From Azolla caroliniana (Eukaryota > Plantae > Polypodiophyta): DNA of 64,000 bases. Shown here piece after piece: positions 1 to 10,316 of this stretch (its first letter is position 1; each line of letters starts with the position of its first letter). Under the pieces are notes generated by a model, which was not told the DNA's origin, did no database searches, and saw only the letters and a program-made list of their open reading frames with translations. The stretch is taken from positions 14,570,001-14,634,000 of the forward strand of contig JBHGNT010000002.1 of NCBI GenBank assembly GCA_043228905.1, read 5' to 3'. A program made the position numbers and the translations under genes.

Positions 1-703
1 AGAAGCATGTAGGTCTTCCCCTCGACTGCGACCGTGTCCCCGACTTCTCCCGTCTTTGCGGACTCCGGTTCCGTTGTCTTCCCCGTTCCGATTCGGTAAG
101 CAGCGCCTTCGAGTCGGAGGCCGGTTCTTTATCTCTCCGAAGCGCTTCTTCATTTAGAATACTTGTCTTTACCGTTAGTAAAGACAAGTTCTCTTCCTTA
201 CAGGAGGTGCTGAGAGTAACTACCAAGTTCTCCCAGCTCTCCGGAAGGGTACACATCAGCATGATGGCTTGCATTGCGTCATCCAACGAGAACTTGATCG
301 CCGCAAGCTGGTTCACGAATCCCATGAACGTGCTGACGTGTTCGACCATGCTCTCGCCGTCCCGGTACTTAAGATTCACTATCTTCCTCATCAGGGAGGT
401 CCGGGTCAGAGCATTCTTCCTCTCATACAGTCCGGACAGCTTCTGCCACATCTCATAGGCGTTCGTATCGTTCGCCACATGTTGCAGAACACTTACATCG
501 ACATATTGCCGGATCGTCGCTACGGCTTTCCGGTTCAGGAGCTTCCACTCCGACTCTATTACGCCCTTGGGTATCTCGGCATTGTCGATCGGTTCGTACA
601 GGTCTCGGACAATGAGAAGGTCTTCCATCTTTATCTTCCAGTCGGCGTAGTTCTGTGAGTTCAACACCATCATGCCCGGAGGCCCACTACCGCCGCCTTC
701 CAT
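1..703 (-). CDS. gag: Ty1/copia gag, 5' part (Tork/Tnt1-like), running off the left window edge
   Basis: Minus strand from the ATG at 703 reads MEGGGSGPPGMMVLNSQNYADWKIKMEDLLIVRDLYEPID, a typical copia gag N-terminus, and lies directly after a PBS. Confidence 0.85.
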   Translation of the reverse strand, partial: MEGGGSGPPGMMVLNSQNYADWKIKMEDLLIVRDLYEPIDNAEIPKGVIESEWKLLNRKAVATIRQYVDVSVLQHVANDTNAYEMWQKLSGLYERKNALTRTSLMRKIVNLKYRDGESMVEHVSTFMGFVNQLAAIKFSLDDAMQAIMLMCTLPESWENLVVTLSTSCKEENLSLLTVKTSILNEEALRRDKEPASDSKALLTESERGRQRNRSPQRREKSGTRSQSRGRPTCF

Positions 704-719
704 TTTCTGTGTTAACCTC

Positions 720-731
720 GCTCTGATACCA
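720..731 (-). promoter_or_regulatory. Primer binding site (tRNA-iMet)
   Basis: Minus strand TGGTATCAGAGC, 3 nt from the LTR end at 735. Confidence 0.9.
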
Positions 732-734
732 CTT

Positions 735-1297
735 TGTTAAACACAGTGCTCGGCTACAACCGAGGAATAGGATCAACTCACAGAAAACAGGAAATACAAA
801 ATGCACGAAGACAATAGAGAGAAGAGTACACAGGATGTTTTACGTGGAAAACCCTAAATGGGAAAAACCACGGGAGTCCTCAAACTCCAACTATCACTAT
901 AAACAGAGATGTACAATGGTGAAGCTACAAGGCAACAACCTTGAGCTCACTGTCTTCGCCACAGGCGGCGGTAATACACAGAGGCAACGACCTCTTCGTC
1001 CCTCTCTCTCTCTCTCTCTCTCTCTCTCGGCTGCTCACTTAGCTCCCTCTAAGTGGAAAACCAGAAAAATGAGTAACAGCTCCAAAACTGTTTGCCCTAA
1101 GTCATATTTATACACATATGACTTTCGGGCTATTTACAAATATAGCCTCAAGGGCCCTTGGCAAACATATTCACAAATATGTCCCCGCATCCGGATCTCT
1201 CTCCGGGTACATTCGTCATCCGGCTCCGTAGCCGGGGTCTTCATCATCGATTCCCGTACATCCGACCATCCCATCCGGAGGGACCGTAATCCCAACA
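735..1297 (-). repeat. 5' LTR of a copia element (LTR family 1), inserted in the RNase H of an older copia
   Basis: TGTT...AACA termini. Shares CTCGGTTGT(A/G)GCCGAGC and GGGTTTTCCACGTAAA motifs with the LTRs at 14564 and 41400. Interrupts AIHLAKN of the host element. Confidence 0.85.
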
Positions 1298-1885
1298 CAT
1301 TCTTGGCAAGATGTATGGCACTCTGGCTGTCACAGTGAAGCAAGAACTCCCTCTGCTTCATCCCTAGCTCGTTGAGAAAATTTCTTATCCAATTCAGCTT
1401 TTTGCCGGCCTCTACCGCTGCCATATACTCTGCCTTTGTAGTCGACAAGGCTACAAACTTCTACAGTCGTGATTGCCACGACATTGCTCCCCCTCCATAG
1501 GTCATCATGTACCCTGACGTGGATCGACTTGAGTCTACATCTCCCGACATGTCTGAGTCGGTAAAACCTTCCAGCATAGGTTTTCCGACACCATACCCTA
1601 GGCACACCCCTGAGGTGCCTTTTAAGTACTTGAGTATAACAAGAGAATCAATAAGTCTCCTTCTTCGTACCTTTTGACGAACACACAATGATCGGCCTGT
1701 GTTTTCTGGAACTGATGTTTCATCATGAAGGACTCGAACTTCTTGTACCATACAAGCTTGTTTTAGACCGTAAAAGCTTTTCTTCAGTCGACACAACAGG
1801 TTCTCTTTCCCTTTCTCCTCAAAGCCTTTAGGTTGCTACATGTAGATTTCTTCTTCTAGCTCCCCGTGTAGGAATGCGGTTTTGA

Positions 1886-2385
1886 TGTTATACGTTTTAG
1901 GGTTAGGGTTAAGGACGATGATAATCATGATAAAGATAGACATGGTGGTTATGATGATGATGGAGAGTATGGGATTGATGGCGAGAGAGATCATGTGCAT
2001 TGAGAAGCATTGCGGGGTGGGGGGTGGTGCCTGCCTAGAATGGCTCCACCCCCCTCCCAAGGGGATTCAACGTTGAGGGGGAAAGAGAGATGACAAGAGA
2101 GAGAGAGATTGAGAGAGAAAATGATCATTCATCTTTCATTCATTCCCCATAAGGGGTTAAATAGTACAAGAGGGGGTAGATACAAAGGGGTGTAAGCCCC
2201 CTAGAGCATTCATACTGGACACTCACTTACACCTCCTCGTATCCATCTACATGCACACACGTGTGCATGTGTTCACATATGTATCGACTCACAATTACAT
2301 TTATGCCCCCTACACACATAAAACAATCATCATGATGACCCTCGCTCATCACATTGACTCTCCGTACATCTCGTACGGGGTAACA
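1886..2385. repeat. LTR-A, left complete copy
   Basis: TGTTA...GTAACA. The right 312 bp are repeated at 9998-10316 with a few substitutions and one 7-bp indel. Homologous to 16516-16956. Confidence 0.85.
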
Positions 2386-2390
2386 CAATA

Positions 2391-2406
2391 TGGCTCGCCC
2401 GTGGGA
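2391..2406 (+). promoter_or_regulatory. PBS-A (tRNA-Arg UCU-like)
   Basis: TGGCTCGCCCGTGGGA, 5 nt after LTR-A. The consensus with copy 2 is TGGCACGCCCGTGGGA, versus TGGCACGCCCGGTGGGA recalled for the plant tRNA-Arg(UCU) complement. Confidence 0.75.
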
Positions 2407-4444
2407 AAGTGCCTTGCACATCAATCCCACATGCCTTGATGATGATATTTCTTCAACCGGAACTTCCATCGGTCCTTTCAACGATCGACTCCCTCGATCG
2501 GAATGCTTGACTCGAACATCTTTGTCGGTCAGCAAATTGTCCGCGACACAAACATTCTCGTGTTGTTAGCTTACGAACTTCGTCATGGGTCCAAAATCAT
2601 GTCGTATGTATGTGTGTTCAAAATTCTAGTGGTGGCCTCTTGTTTTTAAAATTTTATATTGTACCCTTATGTTTTTAAAATTTTGACAATGCCCTCAGGT
2701 TTTTGGAAATTTGTCGGATGCCCTCATTGTTTAGAAATTTCTTGGATGCTCTTTTATCATTCTCTTTTTCCCTCATTTTTCTGTTTTTGTCTTTTTCTTT
2801 TTCTTGCCTCTTCTTCCTCGACCGGTTCCTGTTTTGCTGCCTTTTCTTCTATCTTTTTCTCATTCTTGCTTATGTTGTTACTGTTCCTTCTCCTTCATCT
2901 TCCTCTTCTTCTCGTTTTCCTTTGTTCTTCTGCTACTGCTTCATCTTTCCGTCTTTCTTCTCTTCTTCTCCTTTCTTCTCTTTTTCATGATTTTGTCTGT
3001 CTTGTTTTCCTTCTTCTGTGTTTGCTTCTAGTTATTTCTCCTTCCATCGGCCGTCTCTTCTGTCGGCTAGTCATCCGTCCATGTCTCCATCGTTGTTGCC
3101 ATCTCTATCTCCATTGTCGTCGCCATTTCCATTTGTCGTTGTCGTCATCCTTGTCGGCCCTATCCGGCCAATCTGCACTTGGCCGTCTACTCCAGCGGGC
3201 TTTCCGGCGCCATCTGGCTATTACGATTGCTTCTGTCGCTGTTTGGCCATCGTTCATGTCACTCTCCAGCCGCACCACTGTCCGGTCGTCATCCCAGCTT
3301 TGTGGTCGTTGTGGCCGCTGATTCTCCAGCCGTCGTCAGGAGTCTTTGCCGTATCTATGTATCTATCGGCCCTGTCCGGTCATCACCGTTTCCATTTTTC
3401 ATTGTCGCCGTCTTCGTCACTGTTGTTTGTCATCACCATCTCAGTATTTGGCTATCTTAGTCTCTATTTCCATCTCTGGCTCCATCGCCGTTGCCGTTGC
3501 CTTTTGTCTCTGTCCGGCCTTGTCTGCTGGCTCCGTCTTTGTGTCCGTTTCTCCATCTCTGTCTCCGGCTCCGATGCCATCCAGCCCATCGTTTCGGCAA
3601 CTCTGGCTGTCTGTTTAGGGTTTCCGGCCGTCAGCTGCTGTCCGTCTGGCTCATCCGGCCACTTCTCCGGTTACTCTTCCGCTGATGTCCGGTCGTCGGT
3701 CCGACTATCTCTGTCGTCCGACACATTCGGTTGTCTCTATCCGACTTGGCCGTCCCGGCTCCGTCACCGTTCCGACTGTTTGGTCCGTCTGGCCGGTTGT
3801 ATGGCGGACTCCATCTCTGGTCGTCTCCAGCCATTTCCTCTTTCGATGTCGCTTTTCTAGCCATCGAACCGTCTTATCCCGGTTCGTTCCGGTCGTTTTC
3901 TAGTAGTCGGTTCTGCTGTGTCTTTTCGTTTGCCTCTGCAACCTTCCGAACACCATTGCTATTCTGGCCATCATCCGTCGCCTTGTTCGGCATGTCCGTC
4001 CATTCTAGTTATTCTGATTGCCTGTCCGGCAGCATCTTTCTGGCATCTCCATCCTGTTGTCGGTTGTCTTGGCCGTCATGGTTGTCTCTTGCAGCACGCT
4101 TTCTTGCACACACACGTCATTGCTAACCGCACATTTGCACATTGTCATTTCTATTCTCGCATACTCACGTAACGCCATCATTTCGCGACTTCCTCTCATG
4201 CATTGTCATCGTTTTTTGTACATCTTTGGCAACATGTCTTGGACATTTAGGACAAAAACAGACCAAACAAAACATACACATATAGAGATTAATTCGTTGT
4301 AGACTTGTGCATCAGTCAATCTTCCATTTCCGACTTCTTCTGCACATCATTTCCATCATTTGTCGCTTTTCTTGCATTTAGTCGCTATGGCTTGCACATC
4401 CGCGTATCATTCTTCGACTCCGTCTCCAAAGGGGGGTCGCCTTA

Positions 4445-4454
4445 GTGGTCGCCA
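4445..4454 (-). promoter_or_regulatory. PBS-B (tRNA-Arg UCG-like), facing PBS-A
   Basis: Minus strand TGGCGACCAC, 5 nt from a TGTGTT LTR-like end at 4460. The 10-mer is identical at 24398-24407. Confidence 0.65.
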
Positions 4455-4459
4455 AAAGG

Positions 4460-4616
4460 TGTGTTAATCCTAGGGCCGGACAACAGCCTAACACAGGGTG
4501 TCCACTTAAGACACTTCACTAAAGGGTGTTACGGCAAGATGATTTATGGCACAACGCTTAATTAGAACTTAATCGATTACTTAGCAACACATCATTAACA
4601 CGCGTAAGATATAACA
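4460..4616 (-). repeat. Partial LTR-B (U5-like part)
   Basis: Homologous to 24413-~24610 (TAACACAGGGTGTCC, ACACTTCAC, ACACGCGTA shared). It ends immediately before the gag ATG. Confidence 0.6.
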
Positions 4617-7600
4617 ATGAGTACAGAACGGGAGGAGTCCGATACAGTACCGACACCGGAACCAGAGTTGGCAGACTGGGAACCCCCGACACTAGACGTG
4701 GAGCAACCTCCGGAGATGGAAGAAGACAAAGAAAGACCTCTGACACCGGAAGTCGAGCCGGCAACACCAAGGGAAGACCGGCAAAGACCTCCAACGCCGA
4801 CGGAACAACAGGAAAGACCACCGACACTGCCAGCCCGCGTACTGACACCGGACGACGACATGCCATTCCAGTACTCCAAGTATCGGGATGACTCGGACGC
4901 GGAGGCTCATGTTCACGCGTTTCAACAAACATGGGAAGCGAACCATGTGTCACAACGGTTAACCGCGGCCGAAGAGGAATGATCTAAGATAGCCGAATTC
5001 AGCGTGACATTGGAAGGACCGACCGCCAGATGGCACCAGACGCAGGATCGCAGCACCATCACCACCTTTGCGGACCTGAAAGATAAATTCTTGCACTTCT
5101 TTCAGAAGGAGGTGGACCAGAGAGAAATGGTGGGCCTATTTTATACCATCCGGCAGGACCCCGAGGAGAGCTTTCCACAGTTTGTCATCCGGTTTCAACG
5201 GATGCACAGTCAGCTTACCCGCGCACCTCCGGAGGAAGAAACACGGGCTATATTTTTAGCCGCGCTCCGGGAACCTCTACGAACGGTATGCACGGTCATC
5301 GACTTTCGCACAAGCACCGTCGACCAGGTCATCGACCGGGTTAGAGAAATGGAGAAAACGAGCTCGTGGCTAACAATGGGAGCCCTCCAACGAGTGTTAC
5401 CAACCGATGAGGATCTCCGGTTCCGGCAAGCAATCCAATGCACGACTTGCTTGAATTCCGGACACTTGTCACTGGAGTGCACCATGCGGATGCACTGCTT
5501 ACTCTACCAATCTACGAGCCACACGATGGACTGGTGCGAATATAACTTATTGAATCGGCAAGCACCACTAGTCCGGCAAATCGAGCCATGTAGCAGCCGA
5601 GACGAAGAAGACAACGATGGCGGCGAGAGGAGCGATGTCGACCGGCACAGGATGTCCGGTACGACGATCGGTGAGACAACTATGACCGGTACAAGAGATA
5701 TGACAAGTACCGAGATTACAATGGAGGCTACGAGCATCACAACCGGGATCACTCCCCCGGGTATCACCAACGACGGGAAGATTACGGGAGATATGACGAC
5801 CAACCCCGGCAAGGGTACTGCAACAAAAAGAACTTTAATAAAAAATGGCATTTCAAAAACGGGAGCCACCCACGTGAACCGGAAAAAGGCGCCTCAAGCA
5901 GCCAACCGACCAGAGCCCTGCGGTTACCATAGGTCCTCCACCGGGTACAGGAAACAATGCCAAATCCAGCAATACCCGGAAAACATATTGCTATTATTGC
6001 CGGCAAGAAGGACATTATAGTAATCAATGTCCGGCAAAGAGCTATGATAAGCGACCGACAATAAACATGGTAGTCGCCGAAGTTGCAGACCTACAGCAGG
6101 TCACCACAAGGTCGAAGGGCAAGACGACGGAATGGGAGACACAAGAGGCCATCCGAAAACAGGCAACAGAATGGGTGAAAAAGGCAAATGAGCGAAACGT
6201 AGCAGAACTTGCGCAGCAAAAGGAGAACACCGAAGAGCTCGCCAGCGGCAGTCAGTCCGAAAACGCGACATGGCAGGCATTGCAGGAATGCCAGATCACA
6301 CTTTCGTTAGGATGACTCTTGCAGCTAGTACCAAGATTCACAGAAGGACTCAAGCCCGGCATGACGACAGGTGGCATAACACCGGCTCCGACATTCTTCT
6401 CAAATCCAGAGGAGGGACCAATGGTGGTGGACACCAACAGTCCGGCAATTACTGCCATTGTGAAAGGGAAAGAACTCCCCAACATGATAATAGACGGAGG
6501 CTCCGTCGTTAATGTAATAAGCTTCTGGACGTGCGATGCTCTTGGAATCCAAGAGTGGGAGCCATGTCCATTCTGGCTCCGAATGGCGGACATAAGCTCG
6601 GTGCGACCGACAGGATTAATACAGGACTTAGAAGTAACCATCGGGGGCCACACATTCCGAATCTCAGCTGTAGTTCTCCAGTTGCAGGCACAAGGAACGT
6701 ACCCATTATTGTTGGGACACCTTTGGTTAAAGACGACACACATCAAGCAGAACTGGAGGAGGAATATGATTACGTTCCGGCGGGGAAAAGCGAAGGTACG
6801 GGTACCAACACAACCAAGGAAGGGCACCAGCAAGGATCTAACACCGTTATATGCGGAGTGCGTCAATATGCTAGAAGGATTAGCAGACGAAGAAGAAGAT
6901 CAGGACTTGCATGCGAACCCGAAGATTGTACACCTATTTGAAATTGACGTCGCCGAAGCGGTATCACCCTACTTACTGCAACCGGACGGAACCGAAGCGG
7001 AACCAGATAAAGAAGCAATCTGGGAGTTACGGCAAGCGCCGGAGGCGTTGGAAAGAGAAATGGCCGTATCACAGCGCGTAAAAGCGTCTCAATTAGAAGA
7101 GGTAAATCTATGAACAGTGGAAGAGGCAAAACTGGTGCACATCGCCAAAGAAATGAATGCAGAGAACAAAACGGCGATAATTACACTCAACGAGTTTCGT
7201 GACGTATTTGCCTGGTCTTACGAGGATATGAGAAGGCTGGATCCTCAGTTGTATCAGCACCAGATACATCTGAGCAAAGCCGCCAAGCCGGTAGCACAAC
7301 ATCGGTGCCGGATGAACCCAAACTATGCCGCCAAAGTCAAGGAGGAAATCGACAAATTGCTGAGGGTTGGCTTCATCCGTCCCGTAAAGAAATCTACATG
7401 GCTGAGCCCGATCGTAGTCGTACCGAAGAAGAACGGCAAAATTAGAGTTTGTGTTGACTACCGGAAGCACAATGCGGCAACGATAACGGATGCATTTCCA
7501 CTTCCGTTTACGGATGGAGTTTTGGATGCCATCGCCGGCCATGAAGGCTACAGTTTCTTAGATGGATTCAGTGGGTATAATCAAATCCGGATGCACCTTG

Positions 7601-9997
7601 ATGATCAAGAGAAAACGGCTTTCGTCACCGGACGGGGAGTGTTTGTTGCCGTGGTGATGATGTTCGGACTGAAAACGGTACGGGCAACATTCGAACTGAT
7701 CATCATGGAGATCTTTGGTGAATACATACTAGCTTTTATGCAGGTGTTCCTTGACGACTTCGTTGTCTATAACCGAGAAGAAGATCATTTGCAGCACCTC
7801 AGACTATGTCTAGAGAAGTGTAGGGCGTACCGGCTAAGCCTGAATCCGGCGAAGTGTGTATTTGGAGTGTCCAATGGAACGCTACTAGGGCATATTGTGA
7901 GCAAGGAAGGCATTGCCGTAGATCCAGACAAAGTAAAAGCAATCCTGGAGGCACCGGCACCAACGACGGCAAAGGCATTGAGCCGTTTCTTAGGACAAAT
8001 CCGTTGGCATAGCCGAATGCTTTGGTATTTGGTGGACCTAGCTACACCACTGCATGCTGCGGTACACCGAACACCGTTCCAGTGAACCGACACCAAAGAT
8101 AAGGCGTATCGGGCACTCAAAGTTCTATTGTCGCAAGCGCTGGTAGTGCAACCCCCGGATTGGGCGAAGGAATTTCATGTGTTCGTGGATGCGTTCGACA
8201 TTGCAATCGGGAGTGCGCTGATGCAACTTACGGAGCCAAGATGGTACCGGCCTATATATTACACAAGCCGGAAGTTATCCCAAGCCGAACGGAATTACTC
8301 CACCATGGAAAGGGAAGCTTTAGGCATGATCTACAGCGTAACAAAATTCAGGCACTATTTATTGGGGAGAAAGTTTTCCTTCCATGTAGATCATTCGGCA
8401 CTCCTCTACCTAGTATCCAAAGCGTCACTTACCGGTAAGTTGGCCCGGTGGACTTTGCTATTGTAGGAGTTCAAATTTGAGATATTCCACTGACCCGGCA
8501 TACAGCATGCGGTAGCAGATTATCTAAGCCGGTTAGATTCCGGTGAAACGGGTGACGGAGTACCGAACGAGTTTCCGGATGCAGAGCTTTTTCGAGTCAC
8601 CACGGAAACGCAACAGATGAAATGGTGGCACAAGAAGATAAGTGGCTAACTAATATGCACTAGTTTCTGAGTACCGGACTGCCTCCGGAGGAGATGAACC
8701 AGGACGAGAGAAAATGCCTGGCGGTACAAAGCCCACACTTCTGTTTACTCCAGGACACACTTTACCACAAAGGCGCAGACGGGATATGGCGACGAGCGGT
8801 GCGCAACGACGAGAAGGAGGTAATACTACGGGAAGCACACTACAGAGTCGCCAGAGGCCATTATGTCGGAGATGCGACGGCAAGGAAAGTATGGCAAAGT
8901 GGCCTATGGTGGCCGACTACATTGAAAGACGCAGTCCGGTACGCGAAAGAGTGTGATCTATGCCAGCGAATGGGCCAGCCAACGGAACAAGCTAGGATGC
9001 CGCACCAGCCAGTACTACCGCTAGAACCATTTCAGAAATGTGGACTGGATTTTGTCAGACCATTTAAACCACCAGAAATGAGAAGTGGCAACTGGTATGT
9101 GGTCCTCGCGACGGACTACTGCACTAAATGGGTGGAAGCCAAAGCCTTACGAGATAACACCGCGGCGTCGATGGCAAAATTCTTATATGAATGCATTTGG
9201 TGCCGGTATGGATGCCCCATAGAGCTGATAAGCGACCAAGGAGGGCACTTTCTTGGACAGGTGGTGGAGAGCTTGACGTCATTCTATGCGGTAGTACATA
9301 AACGAAGCACCCTGTACTACCCACAAGCCAACGGATTAGCGGAGTCAACAAACAAAACGCTACAGAATATCCTGCGCAAGATCTTCAATGAAAATCGGAC
9401 AGATTGGGACACGAAGCTGCAGAGTGCGCTCTGGGCTTACATGACAACGTACAAAACAAGCATCCAAACAACACCGTTCCGGTTAGCATTCGGATTAGAG
9501 GCAGTCATGCCGGTCGAATTCCAGGTACCGAGCTTACGGATTCAGATTCGGGAACAACTCAATGAAAAGGAATCGGAGGCAATTCGGTTAAAGGCTCTGT
9601 GTGAACTAGAAGAACACCGACTGGCGAGCATTATGCACGTAGAATTGGAACAACGGCGACGGAAAGCGTTTGTAGATCGGCACTAGAAAGGAAACGAAAA
9701 GATGTTTGAAGTTGGCAAGCCGGTACTAGTGTTCCAGACCTGGATAGGTAAAATGCCAAGCAAACTACGGTTTAGATGGACCGGACCATACTGGATCACA
9801 TGCGGGTTTAATGGGTCTTACCAGTTAGGGACACTTGCCGGCGAGGTACTGGGTAAATGGGTCAACGGATTTAGACTAAAACCATACAAAGGACCTATGC
9901 CCAAGAACCCATTTGAACGAAGGGCTGCCACCGAATCAGACGCCGGCAGGCCAACCACGACGGCAACCCGTGAGGAAAACGACTACTACCAAGCCGG
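4617..9997 (+). pseudogene. gag-pol: Gypsy gag-pol, disrupted by stops and frameshifts
   Basis: Gag with CTTCLNSGHLSLEC, PR IIDGGS, RT VCVDYRK/FLDGFSGYNQI/FLDDF, RH FVDAFDIAIG/EREALG, INT GLDFV/SDQGGHF/NGLAE, and C-terminal WTGPY/VNGFRLKPY. No chromodomain or aRH seen. Confidence 0.92.
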
Positions 9998-10316
9998 TGA
10001 GGGGGAAAGAGAGATGACAAGAGAGAGAGAGACTGAGAGAGAAAATGATCATTCATCTTTCATTCATTCCCCATAAGGGGTTAAATAGTACAAGAGGGGG
10101 TAGATACAAAGGGGTGTAAGCCCCCTAGAGCATTCATACTGGACACTCACTTACACCTCCTCGTATCCATCCACATGCACACACGTGTGCATGTGTTCAC
10201 ATACGTATCGACTCACAATTACATTTATGCCCCCTACACACACACAACAATCATCATGATAACATTTGACCCTCGCTCATCACATTGACTCTCCGTACAT
10301 CTCATACGGGGTAACA
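9998..10316. repeat. LTR-A, right copy lacking the first ~188 bp
   Basis: Matches 2074-2385, ends GTAACA, and is followed by the TSD TTTGA. Confidence 0.88.

Larger units (their letters stand above)
1886..10316 (+). mobile_element. Ty3/gypsy non-chromovirus (Athila/OTA-like) element, dual-PBS family copy 1, TSD TTTGA
   Basis: TTTGA at 1881-1885 and 10317-10321, TGTTA...TAACA termini, a direct repeat (2074-2385 vs 9998-10316), and gag-PR-RT-RH-INT domain order. Confidence 0.9.

Noticed and set aside
207-658. Plus-strand ORFs of 83 and 129 aa
   Set aside because: Antisense shadows of the minus-strand copia gag.
1896-1915. Telomere or interstitial telomeric array
   Set aside because: Only about three degenerate units inside an LTR.
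2659-4302. Many long plus-strand Leu/Ser/Phe-rich ORFs (also 17316-18025 and 22863-24201)
   Set aside because: By-product of low adenine content giving few stop codons; they overlap in all frames and show no motifs.
4430-4530. Possible hammerhead ribozyme or retrozyme in the conserved multi-stem region
   Set aside because: No CUGAUGA/GAAA core on either strand; the fold fits a U5/PBS structure better.
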